Origin: Ramazzottius varieornatus
Taxonomy: Eukaryota > Animalia > Tardigrada
Length of the DNA stretch: 64,000 nt
Assembly: GCA_001949185.1 (NCBI GenBank)
Contig: BDGG01000001.1
Span: 8,874,721 to 8,938,720 of the forward strand
Direction: 5' to 3'
Positions 54,436 to 64,000 of this stretch are shown one piece after another (position 1 is the stretch's first letter; the number at the start of each line of letters is the position of its first letter). The notes below the pieces were generated by a model. The model did not search any database and was not told where the DNA came from. It was given only the letters and a program-made list of their open reading frames with translations. Position numbers and translations under genes: made by a program.

Positions 54436-54442
54436 TATAAAA
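54436..54442 (+). promoter_or_regulatory. TATA box of the DNase I-like gene
   Basis: TATAAAA followed by a short non-coding exon and a GTAAGG..TTTAG intron ending just before the ATG at 54531. Confidence 0.5.
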
Positions 54443-54530
54443 GGTGGACATGCCTGGAGGATGGTTAGTCGGGACGGTAAGGTTAGTCTTTAGCATTCGG
54501 ACAAGGAGAAGTTATTCTTTGATATTTAGG

Positions 54531-56781
54531 ATGGCCATCCTTCAGGTTGTCTCTTTAGCGCTTGTCTGCATTGCAGTACAAGCTGCTCCACCGGCAGGAG
54601 GCCCTGGCCAAGTTTGGGCCGACAAACTGGCCGAAGGACAAGCTCGTCCCTTCTGGGCCGCCCTCAAGGAAAAGCTGGGCACTCTCAACTTGGCAGGTGG
54701 CAACCGATTACCCGCTGCTGGTCCAAATGCATGGCACAGTGGTCGACCCTTGTGGTTCAACCACCATCGTCCCGGACAACACGGCCCAGGAGGCAAGCCA
54801 GAGGGTCCGGGAAAGAAGCCGGAGGGTCCGGCAAAGAAGCCTGAGGGTCCGGCAAAGAAACCAGAGGGTCTTGCAGGCGACAAGCCCGAGAGTCCAGCAA
54901 AGAAGCCGGAAGGTCCAGCTGGCAGACCGGAGGGTCCAGCAGGCGGCAAACCGGAGGGTCCAGAAGCCTCGGCAGGTGACGCGCAAGTTGCGGAGGAAGG
55001 CGCAGCTGCTGACGCTGGCAACGACGAGCCCATGCCATCTCCCGCCAACGAAAAGCCCAGCGACAACAGCGAAGCCGCTCCATTACCCGCCCAAGCTCCA
55101 AGCGAACCAGCCAACAGTGGAGGCAGTGACGGACCCCAGCAGCAAGCAGGACAAGGTGGACGAGGTCCACAGGGTGACAATAAGCAGCCAGGCGCAGAAG
55201 GCCGTCCCGACGCTGATAAACCAGCTGCACGCCCTGTTCAAGCTCCAACTATACCCAGCGACGGACCACAACACCGACCTGGCCAGCCTCCTCGCCCCGA
55301 AGGTCACGGAGGGCCGCACGGCCCCAAGAAGGAACAAGGAGCAGCAGGCGCCGCCGCCTCGCAAGCTGCCCGTCACCCCTTCGGTTTCGGACCACCCGTC
55401 ATCAAGCACATCAACTCGCCCGAAGAAGCGGGCGCTCAGCCTGTTGCTCCCCAAAAGCAGCACCGATGGGCCAAGAAGTCCACAGCCGCACCCACCACCG
55501 CAGCGCCACCGGCACCAGCACCAGCCCTGGTGACTAAGGCCGCTGCAGCTGCTCCTGCTGCTGGTAAAGGCAGTCCTCTGCGCATCTGCACCTGGAACAT
55601 TTTCCGATTTGGCATGTCCAAGTTTGCTGCCGAACCTATGGCCACCTTCAAAAAGGCCTACGGAAAGGATAAGCTGGAAATGATTACCGAGGTAATTCTA
55701 CCGAACCAAAGGCGCTTGCGCCACTACCTGAAAATCTAATAAATTATTTGACTTTCATTCTGTTTTGTTTTTCTGCAGCAAGTTCAGAATGCCGACATTA
55801 TCGCCATCCAAGAATACTTTGATACCACCGAAGCTCATGAAGTTATGATGGTGGTGACGGACTACTTGAACAAGACGACGGGAAGCAAGTGGGGCATGTC
55901 GGTGGGCCCTCGAGTCGGTCGCGGCTCAAAGGAACAATACGTCTTTCTCTACAGGTAATGGCTGATACTGGTTGTTGTCTCCGGTCTATAGCTTCGTGCC
56001 TTTTTCTCAGAACGGAACTGGCCAGCGTGATGAAGGAGGCCGTGGCTCCCGAACCGGCGGAAAGCAAGGACCCCTACAGCCGCGAGCCCTGGTTCACCCA
56101 GTTCAAGATCAGCAAGCCCGGCTTCAGCCTGCCCACCCTTACCTTGGGCACTATCCACACCGAGCCCGAGTTTGCCGTCCGAGAGATGAACGCCTTGGAC
56201 GTTTACACTTGGCCTTGGGCCGAGTCCACCTTCGGCACCAAGGTATGGTCTGACGCTGCTTACTATATGGTATAATATCTGGTATCGTCACCTTGTTTGG
56301 GTTGTAGGACGTCATGGTTCTGGGCGACTATAATGCCGACTGCCAGTATGTCCGCAAGTCCGACTGGGACAGCATCACGCTCTTCACCAAGAAAGACTAC
56401 ACCTGGTTTATCCCCACTGGCACCGACACCGCTGCCATGAGCTCCGAATGCACCTTTGACCGGTTAGTTCATCTCCTTCATCCTTCATGCAGGCTTGTTC
56501 AATGCTCTGTCTGCTGTCTTTTTGCCAGTGCGGTGACCCGAAGCCCCAAAATCCAAGCTTCCTTTGTACCTGGCTCCCTCAAAGTCTTGGACTTTGTCTC
56601 TCAGTACAAGATCCCAGTGGCTACGGTAAGTACAGGGGGAACTAGGCTATCCATAGCCCAGTTCGTGCAGTATGTACATGGGTATGCATCAAACAAAACA
56701 GAGCCACCGCTTATCACCGGTCCCATTTTTCAGGCGCGCCAACTCAGTGATCATTTCCCTGTCTGCATGGAGTTCAAGTAG
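54531..56781 (+). CDS. DNASE1-like: Secreted DNase I-family endonuclease with a long Pro/Gly/Ala-rich N-terminal extension
   Basis: Signal peptide; about 330 aa low-complexity region with KKPEGPA repeats; then LRICTWNIFRFGMSK, ADIIAIQE, GRGSKEQYVFLYR, YSREP, IHTEP, VMVLGDYNADCQYV, DT..CTFDR, LSDHFPV. Confidence 0.92.
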
Positions 56782-57761
56782 AGACTGTCCACAATGACCG
56801 ATGATGCCACCATGCACATTTACATTTTTATAGCCGGTGAGGGTATCAAATAGCATCCCCGGAGATGCTAACGACCTACGTGTTTCCGCTTCTCTAATAG
56901 CTGATCCGTAATGACTTCCTCCTTGTCAAAACAATCTCAGCAGTAATCTGCCCATCTCCATAGCAAAATAGGTCCAAAGGCTGTCTGACAGAATTGTTCA
57001 GCAGAACGATTCCCAGTTCCTGGACGCCGAGGGCCAGCCCAAACCAGACATATACATACATGAAACGAACCCTGGGCAACACGAATCTAAGGTCAAAGAC
57101 GAGTTATGACCACAGGTCAAAAAGCTCGGAGGAGCGAACTGAAAGTGCCGAAAACAGCGGCCTGATACGTTGTTCGCAGTCGTTAGTAATCAAGTAATCA
57201 AACACCAAAAGTCATGAGTCAAAAACGCATGCAGGAGGCGTCTTCGACTGAGGTGACTTGTTGACGGCAACACAGCCCCGTGACACCCCTGTATTTATCG
57301 CATTTTAAGTCCAAATCTTTTCCGCCCTTCGTTCTTGCTTCATTAGCGCAGCAGAATGCAGCAAACTGAACCTGCGGTAGAGTTCGATATTTCAAACAAC
57401 TTGATGTCATGAAAGGCCCATTGCGAGCGAGCAACACTTGGGAAGCATTCCCGTATGGAGATACCCATCTGCTGGCTGAATAAAATATAACGGCTCACGT
57501 GATCGACAAGTCACAAAAAGGATGTGACGGCAACGTGGCTCGGCTATGTGGCACCGTCTAACGGTTACTGAGCAGTTTATCGTGCCTAGAAAATTTCTTG
57601 ACCAGTGGCCAATGCAGGACGAAAGAGCCAACCGGAATATAAAAATATCTAGGGCAATGAAATAAACGGCACAAAAACCGCAAGTGTGAAAGATGCGTAT
57701 TTATCATGAGAGGTGATGAATATTTTGAGATGAATGATTTCCGGCTGAGGAAGGTCAGCTC

Positions 57762-60700
57762 TCAAGGACATCCGGCGATGACCGAGTTGAGCGGGTAGAC
57801 TCCGGGCCCAAACACCTGGAGAGATTGAGGAGATTTTCCCACATAATCAACTTGAAGACGTGTGATTGACCAAGTGAGACATGCACTTTGTGGCAACTAG
57901 TGAAAGTCTGGTCTGGAATGCTTACCGTGTACACTTGCTTTTCAGTGAAAGTGCAGAAAGTGCCGCTGGGGCCGCTGTCGGGCTTTAACACCGCCATCTG
58001 CTGAGCCCCGCCGTTGTCGACATAAAAGACGGCCACGTACATATTCATGTTCGAGTCGACTGCAACCTGGATGGCCGAGATTTTGCTGATGGTGTTGGGT
58101 GCCAAGACTGCTGCCATGTCGACGGAAGTGGCTGGGTACGACTGGAAAGTGGGATCAGCCAGCATGATGGAGGTGCCTGCAAACACACCAGGTCCATCAT
58201 ACAACACTGTCCACTGTTCAACTGCTCATCGGCTCACCATATGCCGCAAGGTAGCAATCGCCTCCATTCCATGCGGAATAGCTGGTGACGGTGGGGTCCA
58301 CAGGTGGGGGACTGGCTGTGGCGCAGAACGGGTCGGGAGCCACCGAACATGAAACTCCAGTTGACGGCTAGGCCAAAATTCATACCATCAAACAACAACG
58401 CCACTTGAATTTAGTCATTGATTACAGACGATAGCCTACAGAAGTGGTCAACAATGCGTAGTCCAGTGCCTGGTTGCCGGAGATAGGATCTGTGCCGATG
58501 TATTGGTAGGCTACTTTGACCGTCTTGCCTTCCAGCGCCGGTATGGAGTTGGTGCCGTAGAACAAGTCCTCGTTGAGGGCAGGAGAGCCCGGTTGCACCG
58601 GCGTGATGGTAGGAGTAGGGCTGTCCAAGTTCAGCGTGTACTTCATGGCCACACCCGTATCTGCCATCCGGAAAGAAGCCGAATAAAGCACACACTGGAG
58701 GTACTATTCAGCTCAAAGCCATCCCAGCCTTACCGGTGAACATATAGTAATATTCAGGGCCATTCATGGCCGGCCCACCGACCGATGCCGTTGGTCCGTT
58801 GGTACAGAAGTCACTGACAGCGGCCGGAGTCACAGCTCGTGGTGCCGGTGCGGCGGGACATCCTTGAATTCCACCCGACAAGGGTATGGGCTGTTTTACC
58901 CACTAAACAACAACAGCAGGTAGACAGGGGGAAATGAGCTTGCATGAGTCAGGTCGTTTTTACCGATAGTGCTGGCGGGTCGGTGGCACTGTTGGGATTG
59001 GTGACTTCAGCCACACCGTAGTAGGGGGTGGTACCGTCGGCTCCCGTCCCAAAAACGTACAAGTAGGTTTTCCCGCTATCAGCCGCATAAGACATGGCCG
59101 TCACCTTCTGGATTTGCGACTGAGAGGCCGCAATGCTGGTGGCAGTTGGTGCGTAAATTTGTGGAGAGGTGGTAGGTGGTGAAACGGTGCTTGCCGCGTA
59201 GTAGGCGATCGACGTTCCGGAGCCTGCACAACAACGCTCACATGACGAATCAGAAGAAATCAAACGTCTTTAAGCGAATGCTTACTGTCAGCCCCGTAAT
59301 AGCCCATTCCCGTGTTTATATAATCGGGCAGAGCGGTATAGGATACAGACGAGTCTGCAGGCATTGCTGACGGCACGCAGGGTCCCGTAGGCGTACCACT
59401 GTTGTCGGATGCAAAGGGACATTCGTAGGATGCTCCAGAAGACTGCAATTACCATCCTCATAGTGACCCATTCTACTCTTATCGCAGTTCAGAAGTTCAA
59501 ACCGTTTGTTGTGCAACAAGCTTACCTCGGATAAATAGAGCGCGTTGTTCCCTACATCGTTGTAATAAGCCTTCGAGACAGTGGATAGTGGAGTAGATGA
59601 ACCGTAGTCGAAAGCTGAGGAGATCAGCTGCGGCGTTGCTGGGCTGAGAGCGGAACTGAAACGATTGCTGCCATCATAGTTCACTTTGACGACACACTGA
59701 CCTGAAACAAAATCAAAAATAACGTTACCGTCAAGCAACCACAAGGATGACTTCGCGGCAGAAGTCCATACGCACCGACGAAGAGACTGAAGAAAGGAGG
59801 AACAGACGACTGGGAAACATCGTAACTGGCAGCTGCGCTGGGGCTCGTAGAACAGAATACCGAAAGCGGACACGGGTTGGTGGTTGAGCTGAGGTCGGTG
59901 GTCGTGGTCAGATCACTAGACGTCGTTTGATCGGTTGTGGTTAGAGGCGTCGAAGATATAACTGACGCAGTGGTTGCTGATTCCGTGGTGGAAGTCGGAA
60001 CACTCTCAGAAGTGGTCGACGATGACAAATCAGTAACGGATACGGTTGAACTCGAATAAGGGTCGGCAGTTGGATCAGACGCTATCAAGCCAGGAGTTTC
60101 CTCCCACGGCGCACCAGCGAAGGGCGCAGCAAAGGGCGACGCACCAGCATTAGAAGTCGTTCCCGAATCTGACGTGGTAGTCAACGGATCAGTTGTACTG
60201 GCCAACGGCGCAGTGCTGGTGGTAGCTGCTGCAGTTGTAGTGGTGACAGGCGCGGTCGATGTCGTGACTGGATCGGTTGTCGTCGTCAAAGCAGCGGTCG
60301 ACGTTGTGGCAGCAGGCGTCGTGGTTGTAGCCGCGTCAGTTGTGGTCGTCAACGGTGCAGTGCTGGTCGTGGCAGCAGGCGTCGTGGTTGTAGCCGCGTC
60401 TGTTGTGGTCGTCACCACGTCCGTTGTGGTCGTCACCGGTGCAGTGCTGGTCGTGGCAGCAGGCGTTGTGGTTGTAGCCGCGTCCGTTGTGGTCGTCACC
60501 ACGTCCGTTGTGGTCGTCAACGGTGCAGTGCTGGTCGTGGCAGCAGGCGTCGTGGTTGTAGCCGCGTCTGTTGTGGTCGTCACCACGTCCGTTGTGGTCG
60601 TCACCGGTGCAGTGCTAGTCGTGGCAGCAGGCGTTGTGGTTGTAGCCGCGTCTGTTGTGGTCGTCACCACGTCCGTTGTGGTCGTCACCGGTGCAGTGCT

Positions 60701-63700
60701 GGTCGTGGCAGCAGGCGTCGTGGTTGTAGCCGCGTCTGTTGTGGTCGTCACCACGTCCGTTGTGGTCGTCACCGGTGCAGTGCTGGTCGTGGCAGCAGGC
60801 GTTGTGGTTGTAGCCGCGTCTGTTGTGGTCGTCACCACGTCCGTTGTGGTCGTCAACGGTGCAGTGCTGGTCGTGGCAGCAGGCGTTGTGGTTGTAGCCG
60901 CGTCTGTTGTGGTCGTCAACGGTGCAGTGCTGGTCGTGGCAGCAGGCGTTGTGGTTGTAGCCGCGTCTGTTGTGGTCGTCAACGGTGCAGTGCTGGTCGT
61001 GGCAGCAGGCGTTGTGGTTGTAGCCGCGTCTGTTGTGGTCGTCACCACGTCCGTTGTGGTCGTCACTGGTGCAGTGCTGGTCGTGGCAGCAGGCGTTGTG
61101 GTTGTAGCCGCGTCTGTTGTGGTCGTCACCACGCCCGTTGTGGTCGTCACCGGTGCAGTGCTGGTCGTGGCCGCAGGCGTCGTGGTTGTAGCCGCGTCTG
61201 TTGTGGTCGTCACCACGTCCGTTGTGGTCGTCACTGGTGCAGTGCTGGTCGTGGCAGCAGGCGTCGTGGTTGTAGCCGCGTCTGTTGTGGTCGTCACCAC
61301 GTCCGTTGTGGTCGTCAACGGTGCAGTGCTGGTCGTGGCAGCAGGCGTTGTGGTTGTGGCCGCGTCTGTTGTGGTCGTCACCGGTGCAGTGCTGGTCGTG
61401 GCAGCAGGCGTTGTGGTTGTGGCCGCGTCTGTTGTGGTCGTCACCACGTCCGTTGTGGTCGTCACCGGTGCAGTGCTGGTCGTGGCCGCAGGCGTTGTGG
61501 TTGTGGCCGCGTCTGTTGTGGTCGTCACCGGTGCAGTGCTGGTCGTGGCAGCAGGCGTTGTGGTTGTAGCCGCGTCTGTTGTGGTCGTCACCACGTCCGT
61601 TGTGGTCGTCACCGGTGCAGTGCTGGTCGTGGCCGCAGGCGTTGTGGTTGTGGCCGCGTCTGTTGTGGTCGTCACCGGTGCAGTGCTGGTCGTGGCAGCA
61701 GGCGTTGTGGTTGTAGCCGCGTCTGTTGTGGTCGTCACCACGTCCGTTGTGGTCGTCAACGGTGCAGTGCTGGTCGTGGCAGCAGGCGTTGTGGTTGTAG
61801 CCGCGTCTGTTGTGGTCGTCAACGGTGCAGTGCTGGTCGTGGCAGCAGGCGTTGTGGTTGTAGCCGCGTCTGTTGTGGTCGTCAACGGTGCAGTGCTGGT
61901 CGTGGCAGCAGGCGTTGTGGTTGTAGCCGCGTCTGTTGTGGTCGTCACCACGTCCGTTGTGGTCGTCACTGGTGCAGTGCTGGTCGTGGCAGCAGGCGTT
62001 GTGGTTGTAGCCGCGTCTGTTGTGGTCGTCACCACGCCCGTTGTGGTCGTCACCGGTGCAGTGCTGGTCGTGGCCGCAGGCGTCGTGGTTGTAGCCGCGT
62101 CTGTTGTGGTCGTCACCACGTCCGTTGTGGTCGTCACTGGTGCAGTGCTGGTCGTGGCAGCAGGCGTCGTGGTTGTAGCCGCGTCTGTTGTGGTCGTCAC
62201 CACGTCCGTTGTGGTCGTCAACGGTGCAGTGCTGGTCGTGGCAGCAGGCGTTGTGGTTGTGGCCGCGTCTGTTGTGGTCGTCACCGGTGCAGTGCTGGTC
62301 GTGGCAGCAGGCGTTGTGGTTGTAGCCGCGTCTGTTGTGGTCGTCACCACGTCCGTTGTGGTCGTCACCGGTGCAGTGCTGGTCGTGGCCGCAGGCGTCG
62401 TGGTTGTAGCCGCGTCTGTTGTGGTCGTCACCACGTCCGTTGTGGTCGTCACCGGTGCAGTGCTGGTCGTGGCAGCAGGCGTTGTGGTTGTAGCCGCGTC
62501 TGTTGTGGTCGTCACCACGTCCGTTGTGGTCGTCACCGGTGCAGTGCTGGTCGTGGCAGCAGGCGTTGTGGTTGTAGCCGCGTCTGTTGTGGTCGTCACC
62601 ACGTCCGTTGTGGTCGTCACCGGTGCAGTGCTGGTCGTGGCAGCAGGCGTTGTGGTTGTGGCCGCGTCTGTTGTGGTCGTCACCACGTCCGTTGTGGTCG
62701 TCAACGGTGCAGTGCTGGTCGTGGCAGCATGCGTTGTGGTTGTGGCCGCGTCTGTTGTGGTCGTCACCACGTCCGTTGTGGTCGTCAACGNNNNNNNNNN
62801 NNNNNNNNNNNNNNNNNNNNNNNNNNNNNNNNNNNNNNNNTTGTGGTTGTGGCCGCGTCTGTTGTGGTCGTCACCACGTCCGTTGTGGTCGTCAACGGTG
62901 CAGTGCTGGTCGTGGCAGCAGGCGTTGTGGTTGTGGCCGCGTCTGTTGTGGTCGTCACCACGTCCGTTGTGGTCGTCAACGGTGCAGTGCTGGTCGTGGC
63001 CGCGTCCGTTGTGGTTGTGGCCGCGTCTGTTGTGGTCGTCACCGGTGCAGTGCTGGTCGTGGCAGCAGGCGTTGTGGTTGTAGCCGCGTCTGTTGTGGTC
63101 GTCACCACGTCCGTTGTGGTCGTCACCGGTGCAGTGCTGGTCGTGGCAGCAGGCGTTGTGGTTGTGCCGCGTCTGTTGTGGTCGTCACCACGTCCGTTGT
63201 GGTCGTCACCGGTGCAGTGCTGGTCGTGGCAGCAGGCGTTGTGGTTGTAGCCGCGTCTGTTGTGGTCGTCACCACGTCCGTTGTGGTCGTCACCGGTGCA
63301 GTGCTGGTCGTGGCAGCAGGCGTTGTGGTTGTGGCCGCGTCTGTTGTGGTCGTCACCACGTCCGTTGTGGTCGTCACCGGTGCAGTGCTGGTCGTGGCAG
63401 CAGGCGTTGTGGTTGTGGCCGCGTCTGTTGTGGTCGTCACCACGTCCGTTGTGGTCGTCAACGGTGCAGTGCTGGTCGTGGCAGCAGGCGTTGTGGTTGT
63501 GGCCGCGTCTGTTGTGGTCGTCACCACGTCCGTTGTGGTCGTCAACGGTGCAGTGCTGGTCGTGGCAGCAGGCGTTGTGGTTGTGGCCGCGTCTGTTGTG
63601 GTCGTCACCACGTCCGTTGTGGTCGTCAACGGTGCAGTGCTGGTCGTGGCAGCAGGCGTTGTGGTTGTGGCCGCGTCTGTTGTGGTCGTCACCACGTCCG

Positions 63701-64000
63701 TTGTGGTCGTCAACGGTGCAGTGCTGGTCGTGGCAGCAGGCGTTGTGGTTGTGGCCGCGTCTGTTGTGGTCGTCACCGGTGCAGTGCTGGTCGTGGCAGC
63801 AGGCGTTGTGGTTGTAGCCGCGTCTGTTGTGGTCGTCACCACGTCCGTTGTGGTCGTCACCNNNNNNNNNNNNNNNNNNNNNNNNNNNNNNNNNNNNNNN
63901 NNNNNNNNNNNTAGCCGCGTCTGTTGTGGTCGTCACCGGTGCAGTGCTGGTCGTGGCAGCAGGCGCCGTTGTTGTGGCCGCGTCTGTTGTGGTCGTCACC
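57762..64000 (-). CDS. Mucin-like protein: Thr-rich tandem-repeat stalk followed by two Cys-bounded globular repeats; 5' end outside the window
   Basis: More than 1000 codons of TTTTDVV/TTTTDAA/TTTTPAA/TTSTAPV repeats, then spliced exons ending ..VYT|VFGPGVYPLNSVIAGCP*. Confidence 0.8.
60200..64000. repeat. Coding tandem repeat: 84-bp units (and 63-bp variants) built from 21-bp subunits; contains two 50-N gaps
   Basis: Directly visible; N runs at 62791-62840 and 63862-63911. Confidence 0.97.

Noticed and set aside
60174-63914. Long Val-rich and Cys/His-rich ORFs on the + strand and in alternative frames
   Set aside because: Shadow frames of the stop-free mucin repeat. The frameshift near 63165 lies between two N gaps and is probably an assembly error.

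Overview
Gene-dense eukaryotic (animal) genomic DNA from a compact genome, ~50% GC, with mostly 50-80 nt GT-AG introns. It is an invertebrate; tardigrade is only a guess. About 20 mostly spliced protein-coding genes can be reconstructed: C6orf89-like, SF1, a catalytically dead astacin-hemopexin protein, LC3, an RRM-like/F-box protein, two tandem Cys-rich secreted peptides, an ankyrin-SET (G9a/GLP-type) methyltransferase, BCS1, IFT22, SPRYD7, COX15, TRAPPC5, a CncC/Nrf bZIP factor, SMARCC, PA2G4, an in-frame ALKBH4-pyridoxal kinase fusion, a DNase I with a long disordered N-terminus, and a Thr-rich mucin running off the right edge. Three observations stand out. (1) A dispersed inverted-repeat module, CAAGTGGCGCAC-N25-GTGCGCCACTTG, occurs as 36 units at 22 loci (19 intronic). 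Its arms are conserved and its spacer length is exactly 25 bp in 31 of 36 units although spacer sequence has diverged heavily. This looks more like a fixed-geometry protein-binding site than a neutrally decaying MITE. (2) The ALKBH4-PDXK fusion has its junction inside a single exon. (3) Two adjacent secreted pre-pro-peptides share a C-terminal FCACTxYTxxCC motif. All gene calls come from motif recognition and manual splicing; no database search was run.
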